Positions 8,284 to 16,020 of a stretch of DNA of 23,781 nucleotides are shown here, piece by piece. Positions within the stretch are counted from its first letter, which is position 1. Every line of letters starts with the position of its first letter. Made by a program: the position numbers and the translations under genes. A model generated the notes under the pieces. That model saw only the letters and a program-made list of their open reading frames with translations, did not search any database and was not told where the DNA came from. The DNA is from a virus: IMG/VR virus record IMGVR_UViG_2716884425_000003, positions 112,768 through 136,548 of that record. The stretch is one strand, 5' to 3'.

Positions 8284-8489
8284 TCCAATTCTATTCCTGC
8301 TTGAGCCAAGGCATCAGTCCATATCTTTTTTTGCGCGTTTAGAATCTCATCTGCGATTTCCTCTCTTGCAAATTCAGAGGTCAGGTTCGCCTGTTTCAAT
8401 CCGTAAGATTGCAATACTGCCATTATAGCCTCTTTCTCTCTGTTTCTTTTCATATCGTATTCTAAAAGTCCTTTCCAGTAGTCGCTCAT
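8280..8489 (-). CDS. hypothetical protein
   Basis: 69 aa; ATGA coupling. Confidence 0.7.
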   Translation of the reverse strand: MSDYWKGLLEYDMKRNREKEAIMAVLQSYGLKQANLTSEFAREEIADEILNAQKKIWTDALAQAGIELE

Positions 8490-9239
8490 TTAGTCCTCCA
8501 ATACATAAGTCCAGTAGCGACTATCAACTTGGTCTTGCTTCCTGTCCCACAAGATTGCACGGGCAATCGTAGACGGCACATTCCACATACGGCACATATC
8601 AAGCCAGTAGTTCTCAATCTCTACATACCTCGTAGCATCCTTACTCTGGTCTAGTCCATAGGCTTGAAAAAGGTGAGTGTCCATACAGGTCACTTCCGCT
8701 TCATTGGGATAAAGCATTTCAAACGCAAACGATACTTTTGCCATTCCGAGTCCAAGTATCTTCTTTACTAACTTGTTGCGGAAGTCTTGCCAGTTGCCTC
8801 CATCATACTTATATTCTTCGGGATTACCCCAAAAGTCGTGGGCGAACCGCGAGACAAATCTTGTACGATTTTTATGCAAGCCTACTCGACTTTCTACGAG
8901 TAGTCGTTCAAGCTCATCGTCACGGTTCACCCATTTAGTCCAATCCTTAATGGCTTCGTACCCTCTCACGTTGGACTCCCAACTGGTATGGACGGACATA
9001 AAAGCGAATAGCCAACGCTGAAACATCTCTGTCTCATTCTTTGGCTTGATGCTTTCCCAGTAAGTCTTGTAAGTATCAACCTCATCCATGTCGAATGAGT
9101 TGAACAAGTCATTAATCTTGCTGAAATCTACATCGTTGCGAATCTTTGTGGGTTTGCCTCTGTCATCCCACAAGTTAAATTGTTCCAGACCCCGCTCAAT
9201 CGTCGGAGTGCCTATGAAGTCGAGTTGTGTTGCTTGCAT
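8490..9239 (-). CDS. HhH-superfamily DNA glycosylase, resembling archaeal/Thermotoga-type 8-oxoguanine glycosylase (Ogg2)
   Basis: FRNKLVKKILGLGMAKVSF helix-hairpin-helix, downstream CMDTHL catalytic Asp, YVEIE motif. Confidence 0.7.
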   Translation of the reverse strand: MQATQLDFIGTPTIERGLEQFNLWDDRGKPTKIRNDVDFSKINDLFNSFDMDEVDTYKTYWESIKPKNETEMFQRWLFAFMSVHTSWESNVRGYEAIKDWTKWVNRDDELERLLVESRVGLHKNRTRFVSRFAHDFWGNPEEYKYDGGNWQDFRNKLVKKILGLGMAKVSFAFEMLYPNEAEVTCMDTHLFQAYGLDQSKDATRYVEIENYWLDMCRMWNVPSTIARAILWDRKQDQVDSRYWTYVLED

Positions 9240-9245
9240 ACTCCT

Positions 9246-9274
9246 ATACTAAAGGAGTTCCGAAATGAAGTCAA
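9246..9274 (-). promoter_or_regulatory. sigma-70-type promoter, leaderless geometry, for glycosylase
   Basis: TTGACT-17nt-TAGTAT-6nt-ATG; -10 box flanked by inverted repeat ACTCCT/AGGAGT. Confidence 0.8.
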
Positions 9275-9288
9275 GCACTTTTTTGCAT

Positions 9289-9459
9289 TTAATTTTCTTT
9301 AGTCCAATACATCCTATAATGGTTCTTCCATAACTCCTCCATCTCTTTTTGAGACGGAGGTTCTTTCTTTTTTACTACCGTAGTATATGTCTCATAATCA
9401 TCGTTGGTAACATATACCTTCCATTTACCTTCTTCTAAAGGTTTTGCAAATGATTTCAT
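9289..9459 (-). CDS. hypothetical protein, 56 aa (MKSFAKPLEEGKWKVYVTNDDYE...)
   Basis: Manual translation; preceded by TTAATTAA element. Confidence 0.7.
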   Translation of the reverse strand: MKSFAKPLEEGKWKVYVTNDDYETYTTVVKKKEPPSQKEMEELWKNHYRMYWTKEN

Positions 9460-9469
9460 TTTAATTAAT

Positions 9470-9775
9470 TTAATTAGTGCTATCGTCTATCATTTTTTGC
9501 GCTTGCTTTCGCGCTTCGTCTGCAAGTGTATGATAACCCGCATTTCTAAATACTACTTCTGTTAAACAAGCTACCATTTTGTCGGGGTCATCCCTAAAGC
9601 CTTTTTCATGCGCTAATAGAACAAAACCCCAATTACCTTCTTCTTCATTATTAAGAATATCTTCCGTTACGCGAGTCATTGCTTCCATCGCCATGTCTCC
9701 GTACTTTTCAAAGTCACTTTCATCGAGTTCGACTTCTCGCTCCCACTTGCTACCTTCAACAACAAATGTTTTCAT
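9470..9775 (-). CDS. hypothetical protein
   Basis: 101-aa acidic ORF. Confidence 0.75.
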   Translation of the reverse strand: MKTFVVEGSKWEREVELDESDFEKYGDMAMEAMTRVTEDILNNEEEGNWGFVLLAHEKGFRDDPDKMVACLTEVVFRNAGYHTLADEARKQAQKMIDDSTN

Positions 9776-9792
9776 CTTATTTGGCCTTTTAT

Positions 9793-10032
9793 TTAGTTGG
9801 GGGTAATGATGGGAGAGGGCGGGATAATCTGGGCTTGATTATCTTGCTGCTGCTTCATTTGTTCTTCATGCTGTTGTCGCAGATAACCTTCTACTTCATC
9901 AGCTTTATTTAGCAAGAAAAGCCTATCCTCTTCAGCTAACTTATCAATGTGATGCCAAGGGATTTGCAAAACGGACATAATTCTCCAGTTGCCTTCTTGA
10001 CGTTCCAGTTGCTCTTTATTTTCTTCACTCAT
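9793..10032 (-). CDS. hypothetical protein
   Basis: 79-aa ORF with AT-rich leader. Confidence 0.75.
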   Translation of the reverse strand: MSEENKEQLERQEGNWRIMSVLQIPWHHIDKLAEEDRLFLLNKADEVEGYLRQQHEEQMKQQQDNQAQIIPPSPIITPN

Positions 10033-10041
10033 ATTATTTAT

Positions 10042-10578
10042 TTAATTAGATTCTTCAAGATAAAGTTCTACTTCTAAATCAGTAGCTTTCATTAGGCTAC
10101 CTTCTTCTACATAGAATAGTGTACCATGCCTTTTCATTTTTAGCAAGGGTTTGTGAAGGTCGCGCTCAAATTGTTTATTTACAAGTTTAGCAATCAAGTT
10201 CAAACCTGCTACTTTATAAATTGCGCCGTTCCGCAATTCCGCAAGTTCAAGAAAATCACTCGGAATCGTATCGTCTATCTTTATTTGGCTTCCGGACTGT
10301 TCAAGGTCTTTTACCTTGCCCAAGAAAGATGTTTGTAGCTTTTCCATGAAGGAAAGGCCATGCGCTCCTTCTCCTGCGCTGTTTTCGTTTACCTCCATTT
10401 CATTCATGTCGTCTATATCTTTATTTCCGCCCGTCATATCGAACCAATGTTTGGTCGGAGCATCCTCAATCTTCGTATTGTAGTTGTCGCTTTTACTCAT
10501 ACTTTTTGCCGTTTTATCATCTGCATAAAACACTTCTAATTCTTTGCCGTTCAAGTCTGTTAATGTCACTTTTTTCAT
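10042..10578 (-). CDS. hypothetical protein
   Basis: 178-aa ORF directly behind a near-consensus promoter. Confidence 0.8.
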   Translation of the reverse strand: MKKVTLTDLNGKELEVFYADDKTAKSMSKSDNYNTKIEDAPTKHWFDMTGGNKDIDDMNEMEVNENSAGEGAHGLSFMEKLQTSFLGKVKDLEQSGSQIKIDDTIPSDFLELAELRNGAIYKVAGLNLIAKLVNKQFERDLHKPLLKMKRHGTLFYVEEGSLMKATDLEVELYLEESN

Positions 10579-10584
10579 GTTCTC

Positions 10585-10613
10585 ATTATATCCTATTTCC
10601 CTTATTTGGTCAA
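10585..10613 (-). promoter_or_regulatory. sigma-70-type promoter, leaderless geometry
   Basis: TTGACC-17nt-TATAAT-6nt-ATG; the TGA in the -35 box is the stop codon of the methyltransferase gene. Confidence 0.85.
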
Positions 10614-11173
10614 GCTAATTCTTCGAGCTTTATTAACCAACTGCTGTCTGAAAATACCTCTGGTTCAACCTTTAATATGTCCCTTACTGCCTCTATAACT
10701 TGAGAGTTGGGGTCGCCATAACCCTTGGTTGAGCGGTTCATTTGGTTGTGTGCGAAAGATTTGTAATAGTCATGCCCAGCAATAAAACCATTTTTATTTA
10801 TTAGCGGCAAAGCAGACTCTATGTCTCTACAAGCACTTTCATAATCATGCTCACCGTCAATATAAGCCATGTCAACAGTGGAATGCAATAATCTTATTTT
10901 GGGCAAAATCTGTTGAAAGTCACCTTGGTGATGAAATACATTATTTAAGTCATCAAGCAGGTGAGGCTTAACCTTATTGTCTACCGTGTGAACTATTTTA
11001 GCGTAATACGAAAAAAGTGATGTTGAAACACCCATGTAACAACCAAGCTCTACGACTACACTTTCGGCGGTAACGTATTTTTTACACAAGTCATCCAGAC
11101 CCACCAAAGTATTTATTCCATTCGCATCGCTACACAAGCCAAATCTACGGTTTTTTAGCGCGGGTTTTTGCAT
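10610..11173 (-). CDS. class I SAM-dependent methyltransferase (Methyltransf_24-like)
   Basis: VVELGCYMGVST, DMAYIDGEHDYE...D, GFIAGHDY motifs. Confidence 0.88.
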   Translation of the reverse strand: MQKPALKNRRFGLCSDANGINTLVGLDDLCKKYVTAESVVVELGCYMGVSTSLFSYYAKIVHTVDNKVKPHLLDDLNNVFHHQGDFQQILPKIRLLHSTVDMAYIDGEHDYESACRDIESALPLINKNGFIAGHDYYKSFAHNQMNRSTKGYGDPNSQVIEAVRDILKVEPEVFSDSSWLIKLEELA

Positions 11174-11179
11174 TATATA

Positions 11180-11208
11180 AAGATAGCACCATATCTATCA
11201 AGTGTAAA
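11180..11208 (-). promoter_or_regulatory. probable sigma-70-type promoter, leaderless geometry, for methyltransferase
   Basis: TTTACA-17nt-TATCTT-6nt-ATG. Confidence 0.55.
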
Positions 11209-11215
11209 TATAAGT

Positions 11216-11647
11216 ATGCCTATTGAATTATTAACTATGGCCGGTGGAGCTATCACTGGCTTTATATTTAGATACATGGCTGAACGAGCCAAAGAAAGGT
11301 CGCAGCTATATGAAATCGCTCTTGGAACCAAAAAAGCCGAAATTGAGAGTGCTGACGCCGCCGCTGCGCGTGTGCCTATCGAAGTCGGAAAGTGGGTTCG
11401 ACGCGCGATTGTTGTGTGCGTCTTATTTGGCGTTATACTAGCCCCCTTCTTGCTCTCTTTGATAGGGCAGTCTACGATTGTGCAAATTGAAGAAACGGGA
11501 GGTACTTTCTTATTTGGATTATTTGGGGGAGGAACCGAAACAAAATTCGTCGAACTAAATGGCTACTTGATGGTTCCAGAAGTTCGTCAAACACTAACTG
11601 CAATCATAGGGTTTTATTTCGGCAATGCCAGTGCGAAGGTAAGTTAA
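11216..11647 (+). CDS. multi-TM membrane protein, holin-like (3TM type)
   Basis: Start at ATG 11216 (MPIELLTM); hydrophobic segments, WVRRAIV and terminal IIGFYFG motif reminiscent of 3TM holins. Confidence 0.55.
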   Translation: MPIELLTMAGGAITGFIFRYMAERAKERSQLYEIALGTKKAEIESADAAAARVPIEVGKWVRRAIVVCVLFGVILAPFLLSLIGQSTIVQIEETGGTFLFGLFGGGTETKFVELNGYLMVPEVRQTLTAIIGFYFGNASAKVS

Positions 11648-11650
11648 TTT

Positions 11651-12283
11651 ATGAAGAATGTATTTGATAGAATAGACAAAATAAGATTAATTGGATTAAT
11701 TTTATTTATTTTAATTGCAACATTGCTAACTTGTTCTGGGTGCGTCGGGAGCAAGAAAGTAAACGCTCCCTCAAGCGGAGTTATAATAGAGCCATCTAGG
11801 CTCGTGCAGCAACCAAATGGTATATTTAAGCTAGAACCTGTTCAACCTCCCAAAAGCAAGCCCGTCAAAATAGAATCAGTTAGAGGTCGGCCCGTTTCGC
11901 CAAAACTCACCAGTGCGGAACCAAACAAAATTGAACCCAAAATGAACGTGATTCCGGCCGAACCACAAAAAGAGCCTCCAACCATAATAATTCCAGAATT
12001 ACCAAATATAACCAATCAAACTGGTGACTTACCGATTATAATAGATAATAGCGGAAATGAGTATAATCTCACTCCCGCCAACAAAGACAAGGTGAAAATT
12101 GACTGGATGAAATTGTTAGAGTTTTATTTAATAGCGGTAGGTTTTTTACTACTTATGTATTTTGGTTGGAAAGCCGCCAGAAAAAAGACCGAAGACATGA
12201 TAGCGAGAGAAAGGGGTAAAAAAGCCCCAAAAAAGGCCCCTAGAAAAAGAGCCGCTAAAAAATCGACTAGAAAACGTAAATAG
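11651..12283 (+). CDS. lipoprotein with Pro-rich linker, C-terminal TM and basic tail (u-spanin-like architecture)
   Basis: Signal LIGLILFILIATLLTCSGC; C-terminal TM LLEFYLIAVGFLLLMYFGW; KKAPKKAPRKR tail. Confidence 0.5.
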   Translation: MKNVFDRIDKIRLIGLILFILIATLLTCSGCVGSKKVNAPSSGVIIEPSRLVQQPNGIFKLEPVQPPKSKPVKIESVRGRPVSPKLTSAEPNKIEPKMNVIPAEPQKEPPTIIIPELPNITNQTGDLPIIIDNSGNEYNLTPANKDKVKIDWMKLLEFYLIAVGFLLLMYFGWKAARKKTEDMIARERGKKAPKKAPRKRAAKKSTRKRK

Positions 12284-12291
12284 TGTATATT
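12263..12291 (+). promoter_or_regulatory. possible sigma-70-type promoter
   Basis: TCGACT-17nt-TATATT (TG before -10)-8nt-ATG at 12300. Confidence 0.45.
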
Positions 12292-12299
12292 ATATTGAT

Positions 12300-12497
12300 A
12301 TGACAACAGGAATGCTAAAAGTTACAACCGTAGAAGGAGCTTTGTGGTTACAGTGCGAAAAGGTAATTTACGTCAAAGAATATTTTTCCACAGATGGTGA
12401 TGAAATTTCATCCGTAGTCGCTTTCGTGGGCGGCAAAGAGATTAAGTGTAAAGAGTCTGCCAGATGGATTAGGCACGAACTCTGTCCACCTCATTAA
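12300..12497 (+). CDS. small FlbD-like hypothetical protein
   Basis: MLKVTTVEGALWLQCEKVIYV...SVVAFVGGKEIKCKESARWI; stop overlaps convergent gene (TTAA). Confidence 0.65.
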   Translation: MTTGMLKVTTVEGALWLQCEKVIYVKEYFSTDGDEISSVVAFVGGKEIKCKESARWIRHELCPPH

Positions 12498-13648
12498 ATT
12501 CCTAATTTATTTAAGTTAGAGTTAAATTCTTCAAACGGTACATCTTCATAAGATAAGCAGGGGCTGTACTGTTCCCAGTGATCTCTATGTTGCGTTTTAT
12601 TTCCCTCTAGTTTTCCTTCGGCCATAATAGCTGCAACAGATGAAATTGAAAATGCCGTAGCCTTCTGCATTGCGGAAAACTGCTCGTCAGACCTAATGAC
12701 TTTTTCTTGCCTCCAAGTCTTGTCGCCGCCACTAACCTCTGCAACGATGAATACTTCGTCCTTATTTGCCTTACCACACCCTTCAAGAAAGATTTTATTT
12801 AACGTATTATCGTCAAGACCGCAATCTCTAATTAAGAACCTAACCATATCTCCATGACCTCGGTATCTCATCGTTTTATAAGAACAGTTTTTAATACCTC
12901 TGCGTTGCATATCGTGAATAGAATGCGATGCGCCTCCGCTTGTATAAAAAGCTTCCATTTTTCCAAATTTCTCGCCCTCTACCTGCTCTACCCCGTCCAT
13001 TCCTCTTACTGTTTTTATTTGGCCATCCTCAAGGATAAGGCAATCATCTCTATACTCGTTAATTAAGCCGTCTACCGACCAAGTAACCGCATAGCGTAAG
13101 GGATTATTTGTGCTTTCTGAGTAGTCAGGTAATCCTCCAACCATCATCTTAACATTTTCTGCTTGACCATGTAATTGTCTGACTCCCTGTTCAGCTAAAA
13201 TATTTACCCATCCGGGAGCTAAACCTAAATCGGTAAAAACTGGGCGCGGTAGCCAGACACTGGACAGGGAGTGTTTATTTATGTTTTCAGACACATCAAC
13301 CCTGCCTCCTAAATCACAATAACGCACCTCGTTATCAATGCACCATTTACCAACTATTTCGGTTTGATGATAGGGCAAACTGCTAATAACAATATCTGGC
13401 CTTGGGCCGTTAGCCACAATGCCCTTACAAATATCTTCAGCGTCTTTAACAATAAAAAAGTCGTTTCTAGGCTCGCCCATAACTGGATTTCCTGCCTCGT
13501 CAACAGACTGTTCGTAGTTCACCTTAAACGGCATATTATTTGCCGCGTCTGGATTTGTGTCCATTCCGGTGACTTGAAAACCCAATCTATCCATCGCCCA
13601 AGCGATAGCGGTTCCCATCCTGCCGACACCTAGTACATAAGCTTTCAT
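12494..13648 (-). CDS. saccharopine dehydrogenase family protein, most like L-lysine 6-dehydrogenase
   Basis: GVGRMG Rossmann, YCDLGG, LGLAPG, VGGLP, YAVTWSVDGLINEY, EAFYTSGG, YKTMRYRGH, SAMQKATAF. Confidence 0.88.
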   Translation of the reverse strand: MKAYVLGVGRMGTAIAWAMDRLGFQVTGMDTNPDAANNMPFKVNYEQSVDEAGNPVMGEPRNDFFIVKDAEDICKGIVANGPRPDIVISSLPYHQTEIVGKWCIDNEVRYCDLGGRVDVSENINKHSLSSVWLPRPVFTDLGLAPGWVNILAEQGVRQLHGQAENVKMMVGGLPDYSESTNNPLRYAVTWSVDGLINEYRDDCLILEDGQIKTVRGMDGVEQVEGEKFGKMEAFYTSGGASHSIHDMQRRGIKNCSYKTMRYRGHGDMVRFLIRDCGLDDNTLNKIFLEGCGKANKDEVFIVAEVSGGDKTWRQEKVIRSDEQFSAMQKATAFSISSVAAIMAEGKLEGNKTQHRDHWEQYSPCLSYEDVPFEEFNSNLNKLGI

Positions 13649-13656
13649 TTTACATT

Positions 13657-14028
13657 TTATATTTCTTCTATCCTTTTGGCTTTATCATCAATTACAACGT
13701 CACACGCTGGCTTAATATATCTACCTTTTGAACCAGTAGAAAGCTCATCGAATTTGCAGCCCCACCCTTTTAACTGCGCCCAAGTAAAATCATAATAACA
13801 TCTACCTGCCGCCTTGGATTTATCGGAACCTCCTCTGGCTGTCCAATAAATAATGTACCAACCATCGTCGTACATTTTATTTATTTTATCAATATTTTTC
13901 TGAATTGGAACCGCTAAGTCATACCTACGCTTTTCTCCGTAAGCACAAACAGTTTCGTCAATATCTACCAATGCTACCCGTTTATCATCGGCAGCAAACT
14001 TTGGTGCATCGTGGAATTCTTGGCTCAC
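13657..14028 (-). CDS. capless HAD-superfamily phosphatase (EcbF/BcbF-like)
   Basis: DIDETV motif I, YWTARG motif II, KP..DVVIDDKA motifs III/IV. Confidence 0.85.
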   Translation of the reverse strand: MSQEFHDAPKFAADDKRVALVDIDETVCAYGEKRRYDLAVPIQKNIDKINKMYDDGWYIIYWTARGGSDKSKAAGRCYYDFTWAQLKGWGCKFDELSTGSKGRYIKPACDVVIDDKAKRIEEI

Positions 14029-14264
14029 TTGTTTTTCTTATTTTTCTTTTTTCCCTTGTCTTGTGCGTCCGCTTGGTTTCCCAAAGCTCCTCCCAGCACG
14101 GCTCCAACGCCAGCGCCAATCAAGGTACCCTTGGTATCCTTACCAATAGCTTGCCCAGCTAATGCGCCAAGTGCGCCACCTGTAACTGCGCCCGTTCCAG
14201 TTTTTGTTACACAGCCGGTACCTAAAAGTACAGCCGCCGTCGTTAGGATTAATAGTTTCTTCAT
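14025..14264 (-). CDS. glycine-zipper lipoprotein
   Basis: Lipobox GTGC; TGTGAVTGGALGALAGQAIG...GAGVGAVLGGALGN glycine zipper. Confidence 0.85.
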   Translation of the reverse strand: MKKLLILTTAAVLLGTGCVTKTGTGAVTGGALGALAGQAIGKDTKGTLIGAGVGAVLGGALGNQADAQDKGKKKNKKNK

Positions 14265-14301
14265 CTATTTTATTATATTTAATTATTTATCAAAGGTCTA
14301 T

Positions 14302-14481
14302 TTATTCTTGAAAATCTTTTATATTTGAAAACCCTCTTTCTTGTACCCTAACTGGATAAGTCACTACTTTGGTATTATGTAGCTTGCAATAAGCTTCTGC
14401 GTCAGCTTTTTTTCTAAAAAAAGCGATATGTCTCCAGTGTAAGTTATTTAGTTGCTCTTGTACTTCGTAGAACTTTTTCAT
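14302..14481 (-). CDS. hypothetical protein, 59 aa (MKKFYEVQEQLNNLHWRHIAFFRKKADAEAYC...)
   Basis: Manual translation; TAATG coupling with ALDH stop. Confidence 0.7.
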   Translation of the reverse strand: MKKFYEVQEQLNNLHWRHIAFFRKKADAEAYCKLHNTKVVTYPVRVQERGFSNIKDFQE

Positions 14482-16019
14482 TATTTCATTCCTTGTGGAA
14501 AGACTAGCGATTCGCCGTGATTCACAGTCCAGCTTATTTCGTGTGTTACAGCCCTGTAAGTCCTAGCTGCGCTTGGAAAGCCGTTTCCTGACTTCTTGAC
14601 ACCGCCGAAGGCCAAGTGAGATTCTGCGGCAATAGAGCCGCCGTTCCAGTAAATCATACCTGCGTCACACTCATCTCTCATGATTCTGGCTTTCTTAAAG
14701 TCTTCGGTTACGATGCCGACAGCTAGTCCGTAATCAGTATCGTTATAAATACGAATAGCATCTTCAATAGTATCAAATGGAATAATTGCTACATGAGGCC
14801 CAAACACTTCGTTTTTCAAATAAGGTGCATCATCTCTCCACTCGCTAATGTATACGGTTGGAGTGAGATAGTAGCCGTTTTGCTCTAGCTTTTTACCTCT
14901 AGTAAGTAAAACTAATTTATTATGAACTGAGTCATCATAAACTAAATTATTATAATCTTGCACCTTTTGAAACGCTTGACCATTGATCAGCGGTCCATAA
15001 AATATTTCTTCATCCGGTACAATTTCATCCCACGCAACCGCCTCTGGCATTCCGGTAGACTTAACGATTTTCTTAAATGGATTACCAGTTTTAACTCTAC
15101 TAGACACTCGAGACATAAATCTATTGGAAAAGTCCTCTAAAATACTTCTGTGTACGATAAGTCTACCAGAAGAGACGCATCTTTGACCTGACAACTTAAA
15201 TGCGGATGCGATGCATGACTCGACTGCTAGGTCTAAATTTGCATCATCGAAAACAATAACGGCAGATTTAGAGCCAAGCTCGCAAGAAGTGGTTTTATGC
15301 CAGCTATTTGCTGCTACTTTACGAATGTGCTGTCCGACTTCCGCGCTACCTGTAAAACATATGTGGTCTACATCCCCATTTACAAGTGCGTCTCCAGTAT
15401 CTCCGTCTCCATGCACCAAATTAAACACTCCAGCAGGTAAACCGGCTTCAGCATATATCTCTAACGCAATTTGACTAGACATCGGAGCGTCCTCACTCGG
15501 TTTCAATACTACCGTATTTCCCTCAACGATGGCTGGAGCCGCACACCAAAAAGCTCCGATAGCAACAGGAAAATTAAATGGTGAAACAATCGCTATTACG
15601 CCCTTCGGTTTGCGTAGCATATACGCATCCTTATCTGCGATTTCTGAAGATACGGCCTCACCATGAGGGTATCGACCAGAACCAAAAGCTAACTGAGCCA
15701 TATGAATTGCCTCATTAACCTCAGCAATACTTTCGTTATAGTTTTTACCAGTTTCTAAGGAAATTACTTTTGCTACCTCGTCTTTGCGCCGATCAAGAAT
15801 CTGCGCGACTTTATCCATGTAATTTGACCTAGTAAAACGACTTTCTTTTTTCCATTCGGAAAATTTATTTCTAGCCACCGCAACAGCTTCACCTACTGTG
15901 TCATCGTCGCTTAAGGGGAATTTGCCCAAGCTTTCTAGATCGGCTGGGTTAACTTTATCGTAGGCGGCTCCGTCATATTTAACCCACTTACCATTAATGT
16001 AATTTTTTCCTGTAAACAT
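14481..16019 (-). CDS. NAD(P)-dependent aldehyde dehydrogenase (possibly 2-aminoadipate semialdehyde dehydrogenase by context)
   Basis: Start MFTGKNYING; PFNFP, KPSE, FTGS, ELGSK, SGQRCVS (catalytic Cys), EVFGP, FGGVKKSGNG. Confidence 0.93.
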   Translation of the reverse strand: MFTGKNYINGKWVKYDGAAYDKVNPADLESLGKFPLSDDDTVGEAVAVARNKFSEWKKESRFTRSNYMDKVAQILDRRKDEVAKVISLETGKNYNESIAEVNEAIHMAQLAFGSGRYPHGEAVSSEIADKDAYMLRKPKGVIAIVSPFNFPVAIGAFWCAAPAIVEGNTVVLKPSEDAPMSSQIALEIYAEAGLPAGVFNLVHGDGDTGDALVNGDVDHICFTGSAEVGQHIRKVAANSWHKTTSCELGSKSAVIVFDDANLDLAVESCIASAFKLSGQRCVSSGRLIVHRSILEDFSNRFMSRVSSRVKTGNPFKKIVKSTGMPEAVAWDEIVPDEEIFYGPLINGQAFQKVQDYNNLVYDDSVHNKLVLLTRGKKLEQNGYYLTPTVYISEWRDDAPYLKNEVFGPHVAIIPFDTIEDAIRIYNDTDYGLAVGIVTEDFKKARIMRDECDAGMIYWNGGSIAAESHLAFGGVKKSGNGFPSAARTYRAVTHEISWTVNHGESLVFPQGMK

Positions 16020-16020
16020 A

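Noticed and set aside
9240-9245. AGGAGT Shine-Dalgarno-like hexamer before the glycosylase
   Set aside because: Zero spacing to ATG and upstream of the predicted TSS, so it cannot act as an SD
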